Notes under the pieces: generated by a model
Databases searched by the model: none
What the model saw: only the letters and a program-made list of their open reading frames with translations
What the model was told of the DNA's origin: nothing
Program-made: the position numbers and the translations under genes
Shown here: in pieces, positions 11,620 to 23,546 of the stretch
Layout of the letters: each line of letters starts with the position of its first letter
Numbering within the stretch: position 1 is the first letter of the stretch
Origin: Mytilus edulis
Taxonomy: Eukaryota
Assembly (NCBI RefSeq): GCF_963676685.1
Contig: NC_092344.1
Location: 115,196,001-115,260,000 of the forward strand
Reading direction: 5' to 3'
DNA length: 64,000 bases

Positions 11620-11845
11620 CTTCAAAAACAACGAGGGGGGGGCCATATCGAAAAAAAACAATAAAAGGGAGATAACTTCTAAAGGGGATGATGAAATCCT
11701 ACACAGCCTCATCTGGTAATACTTTATGATGAGGTCTACCGATGGTCCATATTTGGTCTTGATAACTCCAATAGAAACAAGGGGAGGCCATGTTAAACAA
11801 ATGCTGGATGAAAAAAAAAAAAAAAAAAAACAGGAGAAAAACAAT

Positions 11846-11917
11846 AAGGTCTTTCCTCGCGGAGAGGAAAGACCTTAAAAACAGTAAGGTCTTACCCCAC
11901 GTAGGGGAAAGACCTTA
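11846..11917. repeat. Two tandem GC-cored hairpins (AAGGTCTT...AAGACCTT), HINE/Helentron-like terminus
   Basis: AAGGTCTTTCCTCGCGGAGAGGAAAGACCTT and TAAGGTCTTACCCCACGTAGGGGAAAGACCTTA. Confidence 0.55.
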
Positions 11918-12237
11918 AAAAAAGAAATGAAGTACACAATAAAATGCAACCAATGAAGTAAAATACGGAATCAACACAATAATTCCGGAATGAAAAAGCA
12001 GATATCAACGAACGATTCCGGAAATGATCGGAAATTACTTTACATTCGGAAATAAACGAATGTTTCCGAATACTACCGGAAATATATATACATACGGAAA
12101 TATACGAATGAATACGAAAACTAATGAAATGATATAACATTTTGTATCTTTACCAGAAAATAAAAACACAACGAAAAATTCCACATAAATATAAATTTAT
12201 TCAATGAAATATACATATATTTACACAAAATACAATA

Positions 12238-12642
12238 TTACTGTGTGAAACGTCCTTCAAGTTTTAATTTCCTTTCCATTAAATTATAAACACTCACTTT
12301 CATTTTTTCTGATCGAAGCGTGTCCATGAACAAAACATGAAGAATGAAAAAGTTTAAAACGACACTATTTTCCAAGGTCAATGTTCTCACATTCTCTCTG
12401 TATTTTCCTAGTATGTGACTGTATTTAAACTCACAGAACGCCTGATCAAAATGTTTTTCGAGTTTATCTAGTTCACTATCCATCAAACATTCGTGTCTAT
12501 GTTGTGATCCATGTTCCACTTTGCATCCCTGACAAAACTTCTTTGATAATTGTTGCACCATTTCATCCAATAATTCAGCAAAAGAAAACAGTAATATAGT
12601 TGAAAGCAGTCTTTTTTCCATACCAACTTTAATTGCCACCAT
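12238..12642 (-). CDS. Polinton accessory protein with CxxC-H-HxC putative zinc-binding motif
   Basis: CQGCKVEHGSQHRHEC; AATAAA on - strand at ~12196-12201. Confidence 0.6.
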   Translation of the reverse strand: MVAIKVGMEKRLLSTILLFSFAELLDEMVQQLSKKFCQGCKVEHGSQHRHECLMDSELDKLEKHFDQAFCEFKYSHILGKYRENVRTLTLENSVVLNFFILHVLFMDTLRSEKMKVSVYNLMERKLKLEGRFTQ

Positions 12643-12649
12643 TGTACTA

Positions 12650-12910
12650 TCAGTGTTCGTCTATAAATGAATGAAGAAATAAGATGCTGTCCTTTAGATA
12701 ACACAGTTTCGTCCAATTTTCTTTAGTGATCAGAATCTTTTTCCCTTTAACAACAAGCTGTATTCGAGTATGTTTTCCTCTTTTCTTCACCACCACTTTT
12801 GTTGTTTCATCAATTAAACACTCGATCTGTTTCTTGAATAAATCAGTATGCAAGTGATCAAAGTCACAACCGTACACCTCCTTGGATAAATCAACCTGTG
12901 CCTGTGCCAT
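12650..12910 (-). CDS. Small Polinton protein, possibly PC4-like ssDNA-binding fold
   Basis: ATG start; KKILITKENWTKL resembles the PC4 GISLTxEQWxxL motif (by eye). Confidence 0.5.
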   Translation of the reverse strand: MAQAQVDLSKEVYGCDFDHLHTDLFKKQIECLIDETTKVVVKKRGKHTRIQLVVKGKKILITKENWTKLCYLKDSILFLHSFIDEH

Positions 12911-13071
12911 TGATATAACTGTGTGCTTTTATAGTTGTGGTAGCGGCTTAAATTGTTCATGATGATTCATTAAGAGATAAAAGAAACGTATGGTGAACGT
13001 TTCGGTCACGTGGTTAAAAGGAGGGTTACTCGAATACTTTTTTTCCTCCCTTCTTTTTATGTGAATCTCAT

Positions 13072-13263
13072 TTATATTTTATTTATAGAAGGGTTTGGTA
13101 AAATGTAACCAGTACAACCACTTAATAAACTAACCCATAGTTCTATACTCCCATTTTGTGTTGATAAATTAACAACTGCCGCAATAACAATTATGAAAAC
13201 TATTATCATCTGACAAAAATACACGATCTCTGCTTTTGGTACATTCTGTCCGAAAAACACCAC
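13072..13263 (-). CDS. Small two-helix membrane protein typical of Polintons/adintoviruses
   Basis: YFCQMIIVFIIVIAAVVNLS...LWVSLLSGCTGYILPNP; GTG start, true start unclear. Confidence 0.6.
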   Translation of the reverse strand: MVFFGQNVPKAEIVYFCQMIIVFIIVIAAVVNLSTQNGSIELWVSLLSGCTGYILPNPSINKI

Positions 13264-13657
13264 TTTGTTTGAAGGTTTTCTGTGCTCATCCTCTCTGACA
13301 TCTTAACTCGAAATATATTTTTTTTAAATACACAAAATATATATATATGTCTATATTTTATAGTAGAATTTCATTAAGAAGATGTAATTTCCAATGTTCA
13401 ATATGAAAACTTTTGTTATCATATTGTTGTTTTAGTTGAAATAATGTATGTTTATCAATTGAAAGTAATAAAATATACAATCTAGTTTTCTTTTCTTCGA
13501 AAATAAACAAGTTGTGAACCTTTTGTAGATATTTCATATTCGTTGGAGAAGAAAAACGAACTGATCATGTACAACAATAATAGACTCTTTTTGAATGATT
13601 TGTTGGTCCTTAAAAGGACCGTTGTACACATGTAAATGATATACATGGATTTTTTTC

Positions 13658-13966
13658 TTATTGGTAGTTGACAGGATCCATAAACTTGTAGTCTGCTAAC
13701 ACTGCATCAAAGTAACATCCACAAAAATATAGATCTTCAATAAACTCTGGGTGGTGTTCAAAGTTGTATAGAATACAAACAATGTAACCGTTTTTCAGAA
13801 GCCATGTTTCTACTGGACACCGAGATAGTTCTTCATGATGAAGTTTATCAACCCTGTTCCTTATCAAATTTGCAGTCTTTTTGGGACCTCTTCGTGATCG
13901 TCTGATCTTCCCTGTTAGTTCTCTTTCTCTTAAAAGTGTATACATATTAAAATTTTGGAGATTCAT
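13658..13966 (-). CDS. Polinton terminal ORF, 102 aa, unknown function
   Basis: ATG-started ORF; TATA-like sequence just upstream; basic N-half. Confidence 0.45.
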   Translation of the reverse strand: MNLQNFNMYTLLRERELTGKIRRSRRGPKKTANLIRNRVDKLHHEELSRCPVETWLLKNGYIVCILYNFEHHPEFIEDLYFCGCYFDAVLADYKFMDPVNYQ

Positions 13967-14182
13967 ACTGTTTGTTCTTATAAAATTACTAATGATGTAT
14001 GCTATATAGTAAACGTTTTTCTTAGTTTATAAACTTTTTACATTTAGATTATACGTTTACAAGATTAAACTTTAGGATGTTAACGTGCATGTCTCAACGT
14101 GTATGCCACGTTTACAAGATAATACGTAGGAGGGTAGGGGGGATTAAAAAACATGTCCGTTAATTTTTTTCCCCACCGGATT

Positions 14183-14453
14183 TTAACCAGGATGTTAAGT
14201 ACAAGTTAAGAAGATTAAGAAATTAATCCACTTCAGTTAAGAGGATTATAACCAGGATGTTAAGTAGCAGTTAAGAGGATTAGGAGATTAATCCACTTCA
14301 GTTAAGAGGATTATAACCCGGATGTTAAGTAGCAGTTAAGAGGATTAAGAGATTAACCCACTTCAGTTAAGAGGATTATAACCCGGATGTTAAGTAGCAG
14401 TTAAGAGGATTAAGAGATTATAGACCGGATTTAACGTCATAGTTAAGAGGATT
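14183..14453. repeat. Subterminal tandem repeat, 65-bp unit x ~4
   Basis: ACC(A/C)GGATGTTAAGTA at 14186, 14251, 14316, 14381. Confidence 0.9.
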
Positions 14454-14574
14454 AGCTGTGACGTGACTTCCGGTGGCGGGTTGGTGGCGGACTGACCCCA
14501 TTTCATACTACTCAGATACATGTATGTCATTATGGAAATACAACTTCAAAATATTGATGGATTCAGTAGAGGAT

Positions 14575-15740
14575 TATGCCAGACACTTCACTTGGAAACG
14601 CAACATATACCCTCGCGACACTGACCAAAGAGGAAATCCTGAATAATCATAGGTCTGTTCTATGTTCCTTTGGAATTTCAACCAAAGATGATGAACTGGA
14701 TCTTCCATCACTGTATTGGTTACCTACACTACATAAGTGTCTTTACAAACAACGGTACTTTGCTGGGTCTTCCAAGTGCTCCACAAAACCTCTCTAAATT
14801 TTCATCTATTTTATCAGCAATCAAAGCCAACGCTCCAAAGTCATTGTCAAACTGCCTATTCTAGACTGAGGTGGCGTGAATCAGATGTGGATACTAAAAA
14901 AATCCAAAGATCTTTGAGAGTACATCTTATCGAACTTGAGATAAAGGATACAAAAAATACAGTTAAGTCTGCCTGATATCTTAATTTACATCTAGAAATT
15001 GACAATGAGGGTCGGTTGCAATCTAATTAAAAACCAATCTCTCATCGCTCCTGTTTTCTGATATGTCACGGTATATCAGAAAACGGGAGCGATGAGAGAT
15101 CGGGTTTTAACTAGACTGGGTCGATTGAAAACAAAACTTTACAACAAAAGAGATGCTTCCAGCTTCCCAATTGTGAACTTTCCATTTCTGTGTAGCAACA
15201 TTCCAGCAGCGCCTGCATACATATATATATCTCCCAATTGATACGATGTTCTCGGGCTTGTGTTTCCTATCATGATTTCCTTGATAGACTGAGGATTGCT
15301 GCTCACAAGGAAGCTATCAAACCAAGAGTTCCAAATGGTGAAGTTGAAATCATCCCAAGGCTTCGTAAATTTTACGGACGCCATCACGAGTTGGTTAACC
15401 GTTATGGAATAACCGTTTCACAGATATATCGGATATGTTCCTTATGTCGTGACGACAATACCCTTCCCTTTTCAAGAATTGGACCTGCCGAATTAGACTA
15501 TTTACCGGATTTGCATAACATAAGCAACACGACGGGTGCCACATTCGGAGCAGGATCTGCTTACCCTTCCGAAGCACCTGAGATCACCCCCAGTTTTTGG
15601 TGGGGTTCGTGTTGCTTAGTCTTTAGTTTTCTATGTTGTGTCTTCTGTACTATTATTTGTCTTTTTATTTTTAGCCATGGTGTTGTCAGTTTATTTTCAA
15701 TCTATGAGTTTGACTGTCCCTTTGGTATCTTTCTTCCCTG
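14575..15740 (+). mobile_element. Degenerate, internally deleted Penelope-like retroelement (RT C-terminus)
   Basis: LYWLPTLHK...RY.AGSSKCSTKPL; ELEIKDT..TVKSA; FPIVNFPFLCSNIPAAPAY; LRKFYGRHHELV; stops and frameshifts. Confidence 0.75.
15019..15118. mobile_element. 100-bp hairpin MITE with 9-bp TSD (AcademH/MULE-like), inserted in the Penelope-like element
   Basis: CAATCTAATTAAAAACC...GGTTTTAACTAGACTG; flanks GGTCGGTTG/GGTCGATTG. Confidence 0.75.
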
Positions 15741-16695
15741 TTTTATTAGATGAAATGAAATTTGTTGGATTATCCATCTGAGACACCTGAAGATTTGTTT
15801 GTTACTTCAAAATTATCTAACTTATTGCATTGTTCTTTTTTAAGAACGAAATGGACTTCTATAGAAAATATCAAAGTAGTTTGAAAAAATTGAAACCAAT
15901 AAAATCGACCAGGACTTGTTTCCTTTATGCCCAATAGGCTTCCAAAATGACTTCGTGTTTTTATATTAACTTTATTTATAATTATGCATCTTTGCTTGCC
16001 AAGACCCTTCCTCTCCACCCTTCTGTAAATGCGAAGTCCTGTTTTTGTAAGGTTTATGACCCCTTCTGTAGCCATTGCTGTACGAACTTTTCAAACTTCA
16101 ATTGTTTCAAAACTACAGATATAATGAATAATAGAGATTGGCCATTTTGTACATATTCCAAGGGGTAACTTGATGCAAAGCATTATTATTTACCGTTTCA
16201 TTGCATTTGAAAAGTACTTTGTTGCAAATAAACCAAGAATTTTATAGAAAATCAACAGTCTTTAAAACAGAGATTTTTGTTATAAAATTTAAAACATATA
16301 TTACTCACTTACTTTTCTTTGATGTGCTAGTGTTTATTTTTTACCAAAAATGCTAACTAACCTGAAAATTCCAAAATACCTCGTGCTGAGTCACTAAAGT
16401 CGGAGCGCACTTTACAAGGTGTACTTGATTTGGTCGATATTTTTATTTGTTTTAACCAATAACTACATTAATAAACGTGTTTTAATGAAAACAGTGCTAG
16501 CACTGCATGCCATTATCTTATATCTATTAGTCATCAAATTGCCAAATATTGGAGTACAAGGATAAAAGCTGTGGATTTTCTATAAAATTTCCATATGTTT
16601 AGCATTGAATCAACACAAGGGTACATAATCCTTAAATGAACTTTCATCAATCTAATCATTTCGTGCAGGGACTTTCTATACTAAAAAATAGTTTA

Positions 16696-16926
16696 GGGAC
16701 GACATCAAAAGTTCAATGAAGGATAAAAAACTTAATTCACATAGTTTTTTCACTGACCCCCACACCCCCTCTCTTAACTTAATTTGGGAAAAATTGATTG
16801 ACCAATAGGGATATATGTAAAATCGATTTTAGATTAACAAAACTTGCAGCAATGTTGACCCCCCCACCCCCAAACTATTTGATTTAAGTTTTTTTTTATC
16901 CTACATCGATCTTTTGATGTCGTCCC
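16696..16926. mobile_element. PIF/Harbinger-type MITE
   Basis: TIR GGGACGACATCAAAAG...CTTTTGATGTCGTCCC with TTA TSD. Confidence 0.8.
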
Positions 16927-17418
16927 TTAGAAAGTCCATGTTTACTGCGCTTTAATTTGTAATTCATTTGATTTCATAGATTAAATTTTGGACACAAAAA
17001 GTCCATGATTGGTTAAAAAAATATCTAATAGGAGGGGGTCAGTGTCAACATATTCTAACCAACCGTGCAAAGTCAGTTGTTTGTACTCAACTTCCAAAAT
17101 CAACCAATCAAAATGTTGGATTTCATGTTTCGAGCATGATTTTTGTGCTCCAAGCACTGAGCAAAGTTTTATGACTTTGTGGTCTCACTCCCGGCACGTT
17201 TATAGTGGTTATTATACTTCATCCTTATTCGACCAATTCATAGGGGTACCTAATAGATTCCAATGACGAGACATGAAAAATAGAACTTAAAATTTTCTTT
17301 ACAGAAGAACAACAATACTAAGCCTAAATCTGTTAGTGAGGAAATACTTTGCGGAGTTTCTCCCATCACTGGTCCTATTATTATTCAGTTTATAAAACGG
17401 TGGATTGATTTAGATCAG

Positions 17419-20400
17419 ATGACTTTTCACATATCTAAAATTCTTTCGCTTCCTGGACCAAAGGGCGGAGTATCTAGGTTGTTTAGTAAAATGGTAAGTC
17501 GTTTTTAACATAAAATTGACAACGTTGAACTGCACATTGAAACACAAATGCAATATTTGACGAGTGACAGTGATCCAATTTCGACATGCGGCACCAATAT
17601 TCTATTTTTAGACCAAGTAGCTATTGGCAATACACTTTAATCTCTATCAGCTGTTTATAGCTTGGCATGGGATCCTCAGTTTCAGCCAGTGAGGTAATTC
17701 TTTGGAAGCATCCATTCGTCTTATTTAAGGGGGATGACATGGGTTTCTTTTTTGGATTTTTTGTTTGTTTCAGCATACATAAATACAATAATTATCAATA
17801 TAAAATTATACAATAAAAAACACAATTATTTTTTTCATCTAATTTTCCCATACCCTAACCCTTGGAATAATATATTATCAGACTCAGAGCTCCAGATAAG
17901 ATTTTCAGTAATTGCGAGAATTTTTTTTTATAACATCAGCTAGTCCAAATAATACATGTAATAATGTCAATGACGTCTTGAAAGGCTCTAATATTTTTTT
18001 TCTTTGACGCCTTACTTTGACGAAGTAAGGCGTCAAAGAAAAAAATTAATATGAGGCAGGCATAACCTGTGAATGGGGACGAAGTCTGTATGTATTATTT
18101 TCTTACCTCAAACATGTAAATAAAGGACACGGAAATACCGTAACGTTCCCGATTTCGGTTCTGTGGTTAGGGATTTAGCTGTGACGTTGTTTAAATTATG
18201 ACGTCATATTCAATGTAAACAAAAGAAACGCTTCCATCAGGTAACTTTTTTTCAAATCAAACAATTATTAAAAATGAAATTGTATTGAGTTCCAATCTTA
18301 TATTTTACTAGACTGATACATATAATTTTCTTTTCATAGTCTCATGCAAACAAGACAGATTTCTGCGCAAATGCGGGGAAAACGGGAACAGGAACTAGAT
18401 CTGAAAAAAAAAGTTAACGATTTTGAGTTCATTAGTCATGTTAGTAGAATGAAAAATTCGGGAAATTTTCCCGATTTTTTTTTAATTTTTTTTTTTATTG
18501 ATTTTTCTACTGTAATTGGGGACGAATATAATAGCCATTCAAGACGTCATAATTATTTGGACTAAACATCAGCCAGGAACTTTCGAAAAGTATCTGCATC
18601 GGCAAATTCAATTCCAACACTTCAGACATTTACCTGAATTGCGTGGCAGTGAACAAAAAAAATCACAGTGTCTTCCACTCGTTCATCTGTTAGTCCAGTC
18701 TTCTTTGCACTCTCACATGTATCAGTATGCCAGAATCATAGTTCAGGGACCAGCTGAAGTCCAACTCTGGGTACAGAATTTTCTTGCAGTCTTGAAGACC
18801 CATTGGTGACCTTCAGTTGTTTTTATACTCTTTTGTCAGTTTTTTGTCATTATAACACATTACCACTGATTGCTTAAGAAGGGTCATGCTTGAGTGATTC
18901 CCTCTTTAATTAACCATGTTTTTCCCCAAAAAGGGGGAGTAGACTCCCAGCCCCCTCAAAATTCACCTTTGTTAACACATGCAGTGTGCTTGTAGAATAT
19001 TAACTTTACAAAACTTTATGCTTCATACAGGCAGCAGAAAAAGATTGGTGGAAAAAAGCAGCATCTATTTATGAATTTTCTGCCAAAGATATTGATGGCA
19101 ATGAAGTATCATTAGAAAAATATAAGTAAGTAATCATTTAGGAGGAACCTTGGTAAGGACATTAATTGTTATGATGTCCAATCTGGCTCTGATGTCACTT
19201 ATCAGTCATTATCATTCAACAGATTCTGTAAAGAACCAAATACATGTACTTAAATATACATGAACATTTATGACATTCAACAACTGATAAAGTTCAGGCC
19301 TTGGGATAAACAAATCAAAAAGATGGTGCTAAAATGGTTATTTATGTCAGTTTGTCAGGAAGAACTTAATTAGTTGTATTTTAATTATTGTATGCAAAAA
19401 TGGTGAAATGTTAATCAAATTCTTTCTAATGCAAATTTTGAGTCAACATGATGAATGCAATGCATGTGTGTTTACCGGTAAAAACTTTATATTTTGTCTG
19501 ACAGCCAAATGGGGGACTACAGATATATTATGGCATATTATGGTGGTTGACCATGTCCTTATTGTCATAGTTGGAAAATGAAATAAAAATCAAATTTGAA
19601 CTGTGATAGTGTGTAAGCTTCACTACATTTAATCTGCAAAATCATTAATTGTATGTGGTCATAAGGTGTGGATGTTTGTCTGACCAGATTGTGATATTTT
19701 TCCAAGTTACATGATCAAAGTTATGTTTTCCTGCCATGGTCTGTTTTGTTTACTAAGAGTAATATAGGTGTGCTATATTAGTAAATTTATATTATACTAG
19801 TCTATAGATTTAAGATGTCCATTTTGTCAATCAGCAAGCACCTGTTCATGAACCGCTGACAAGAATTTTCGCCACTAATGTTTTTGTGTTTTATTTGGTA
19901 AATAAATAGTACAAATAATAACTTTAAACATGATATTTTCTCATTTCAATATTTCAGAGGTCATGTTGTATTAATTTTAAATTGTGCATCCAAATGAGGG
20001 TTCACAGAAAAGAACTACACTCAGCTACAAGCTTTGCACGCCAAGTATGCTGAATCAAAAGGTCTTAGGATCCTTGGATTTCCCTGTAATCAGTTTGGAA
20101 GTCAGGTAAATCAATACTTTAATACCTTCTTGCATTAACATGGAATATAAATTTTAAACAAATGCGATTGTCAGTAACCAAGATCAATCATAGTTGATTT
20201 ATAAGAAATTGAATATCATAAGCTTAAGAGTCTAATATTCTCAAAAAATTATTAAATCTAGTCACTTGTTTAAGACGTTATGTGGGTAAGAAATGTTGAT
20301 AGACAAATGAAACAATTACTACATATATATATCCTTGCTTCTAGAAGTTGGAAGTATACAAATTTCAGAAATAAATGTGTATAGATCCTTGGACATACAT

Positions 20401-23400
20401 TAATATTTAACAGGAAATGTTTATTTATTTGAAGGAGCCTGGAACTGAAGCAGAAATAAAGACTTTTGTCACAGATAAATTTAATGTTCAGTTTGATATG
20501 TTCTCAAAGATAAATGTGAATGGAAATGATGGCCATCCTTTATTTAAATATCTCAAACACAAACAAGGAGGCACACTCGGGGAGTAAGTATCTTTAATAT
20601 CTCAGACAGAAACGAGGAGGCACACTAGGATAGTAAGTATCTTTAATATCTCAGACAGAAACAAGGAGGCACACTTAATGTAAGTATCTTTAATATCTCA
20701 GACAGAAACAAGGAGGCACACTTAATGTCAGTATTTAAAATATCTCAAACAAAGGAGACGGCATACTGGCAAAAAACAACCGCACCCTTTTTTTAAAGTT
20801 CTTACACATGCTTAAAGGCACACAATGGGAGTAATCATTAAGCCCAACCTTTGTGTAAATATCTTTAAAACAAACAAGAAGGCACACTTAGGGAGTTGAT
20901 ATTATACCCAACCTTTTTGTAAATAATTAAATTTTGGGAGTAAGTATCAAGTCCAACCTTTGTGTAAAAATATCACACAGAAAAAAACACACTTTATGAG
21001 GTAGTATGTAGTATCAAGCCCAACCTTTGTGTAAATATCTCAAACAGAAAAAAATATCATAAAAATAATCTATTTCATTCATCTTTTTCTTCTTTTTTAT
21101 TCAGTTTTATCAAATGGAATTTTACAAAGTTTCTAGTAAACAAAGAAGGAATCCCAGTTAAAAGATATGCACCAAATACAGAACCAAACGTAAGTTTTTA
21201 TCTTGGCTGCAAAGAAAGTTACAAAATGTGAGATATAGTGGATGCTAATCCAATGGCAGCAGCTACAGTGTAAACTATTTGTATAAAGCTATATGTTTTT
21301 ATAGGCAGAAGAAAAGGAATGTTACATAACTTGTATATAGGTGCCCTATGTTGAGAAGTTTTCATCTGTCATTAAATGATTTGTCCCTTGTCCTTGTCCT
21401 TGTCCTCATTTTTTCATGTTTCAGAATTGCTTATAAAACTTTATTTTTTTGTCCAAGATTTTTTCCAATTATATTACATGTATGAGTAATAGGGTAATTC
21501 AATTTGTTAACAAGATCCTTACAAGGTGTACATGTCCTTCAGACTGTGTTCACCTTATACCAACCTCATTACATGGATATAAGATCTATTTTCTATATAT
21601 TTTAAACAGCAGGTGAACTATATTTGGTGTATGAAATAATGTACATATCTATGTAGCCAGGTTCATATGACCTTTACCTCATTTGCATAGTTCATTTGTA
21701 TAGCTTTTGATGTTTGGTCTGATTCTCATATACTATACATGTAAGCATATGGTCAACTATAGAGACTGTATGGAATGGTTAAAAGGTTTACAAAAACCAA
21801 TCAAATCTAAGGAGAGAAGCAAGAGACAACCCTGAGCAAAATTTACATTTTTTTCTATAGATCTTTTTGTTTTTATCGATATTTATAGAATAACTAATCG
21901 AAGAATTCAAATAGAGAAAAATATTCAACAAGTGACCACACAACACATTAATTCACGTAGCGCATGAGTTAATTATCCGTGTTTTTTCGGTCACGAGTTG
22001 AATATTTTTCGATATTTGAATTCTTTAATTAGTTATTTATTTTATTACATTGGCAAATGGCTTTTTTTTAAGAAATTAATGTAAAACATGTAAGGAACTA
22101 TATCTTTTTTCAACGCATTCACAATTTGTTTTGATCCGCCGTTATCAACTTCTTGACAACGCCTATTGTTGTGTGATGTCAGAGAGTGAAATTATCGGTT
22201 TTTATTTAACTGGGAAATCAATGTAATTCATTGCAACCAATGTAATAAATTTTTTTTTATTTTGCAATCAATGACATCACACTCTAACACTGACAGCAGC
22301 ATTGACAGGAGAGGAAGCCGTTATCAAAAATTGATATTTACTAGAATTTCTTTATCTTGTAGAGTGAGTGACCCATATTCGCCGCATAATTAGTTCATTT
22401 CCACTTACCTCCGACATACATTTGAATATTTGGAACTTTTTATGTAGGTTTCAGAAATTTAACTATATGAAAAAAATATTTGATAAAGGAATTATCTTCA
22501 AAACATTTGTTAATTGTTCTAAAAATGAACGCAAACTCAAAAGGAAATCAAGTTGTTCGTGCACCATGTGAGACACATTTTCGCCCAATGTATGGTATGA
22601 CCATCCTCATTATCCTGGTATTTTATAAAAAAACGGATGTTTGTTATTACATGAATTAGCTTAAGAGATCATTCCTATACGATTTTTCTCACAAATATTT
22701 ACATTAAGACTGTGCATGATTGCCATATAAATCAAGGCTTACATAATAGCCAAAAATTGTTTGAAAATACCTGCATATTTCTTTATATATGTGGGAATAA
22801 CCTTTGAAATGGGGTTAAATAATTATATAATTATAAATTAACAAGAGGAATATCAACCGTTCGAACATTTCAAACAGCCTTTACCATCTTTTTCGGCAAG
22901 TACTGGTAAAGGCACACAAATTTTACAGAAAAAATAGCAAAATGGCGAAAATGTGTCCATGGCGAATATGGGCCCCCCACTCTATATAAAAAGGTCTGGA
23001 TGATCTTTCATTTCTTAATTCTTTAATTTTTATGCCATTTTTCTCTTTTCTTTATTGATTTCCCCATTATTCTTCATTCTTTATATTTTTTAAAAGCACT
23101 CTTTATATCTATTCTTTATATTATTTGCCATTTATTCTGCACTTTTATAAACCCCATCCAGACCCTCAAATAAACAGAACAAATATTTCCTTACATTGTA
23201 TTTGATATCTATGTTGAACTTTGTAAAACTACTATCAACATTTGGATTATTTCCCTAATTCAGGAAACGATCTTGACATATAAAGCTTCAATCAATTGTT
23301 ATCTTATTAAAGCTGTTATAAATTAAGTAATGGGTTTTTCATCAGGCAAACAGTTGTATTCTTTTTTTATATTTTTATTTTTCAGAGCATTGAAAAAGAT

Positions 23401-23418
23401 TTTGAGAAATATTGGTAG
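17419..23418 (+). CDS. GPX4: Selenoprotein phospholipid-hydroperoxide glutathione peroxidase. Exons 17419-17493 (or 17667-17693), 19031-19125, 19958-20105, 20435-20583, 21105-21189, 23386-23418
   Basis: Splice phases are consistent. The translation [37 protein letters not shown]...[13 protein letters not shown]...[13 protein letters not shown] gives the U/Q/W/N catalytic tetrad. In-frame TGA at 19995-19997; SECIS downstream. Confidence 0.95.
20546..21050 (+). repeat. Degenerate ~49-60-bp tandem repeat derived from the GPX4 exon/intron junction
   Basis: AATATCTCA..A.AAACAAGGAGGCACACT...GTAAGTATC repeated with increasing divergence. Confidence 0.8.
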
Positions 23419-23503
23419 TTGTGTATAAACAATAAACATATCTTTGTCACCATAGTGCATGTGACTGTACCAGATAGATGACAGACTCTGTCTTGAAGAC
23501 CGT

Positions 23504-23546
23504 ATGAAGGTTGATATCAAATCCGTTCTGGGGATGTCAACCTGAG
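23504..23546 (+). promoter_or_regulatory. SECIS element (type II) in GPX4 3' UTR
   Basis: ATGAA-GGTTGATATC-AAA-TCCGTTCTGGG-GATGTCAACC-TGAG: GA/GA quartet, 10-bp helix with one G.U pair, unpaired AAA, apical mini-stem. Confidence 0.92.

Larger units (their letters stand above)
11920..14512 (-). mobile_element. Polinton/Maverick (adintovirus-like) terminal segment with TIR and accessory genes
   Basis: Terminus reads AGTAGTATGAAATGGGG on the - strand (…ACTACT at 14507-14512). Subterminal 65-bp tandem repeats. Compact intronless ORFs all read inward. No core genes in the window. Confidence 0.75.

Noticed and set aside
15770-16360. Minus-strand gene (101-aa ORF plus a small exon-like segment)
   Set aside because: No recognisable domain or consistent exon chain
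19995-19997. GPX pseudogene due to internal stop
   Set aside because: The TGA is at the catalytic Sec position and a canonical SECIS is present
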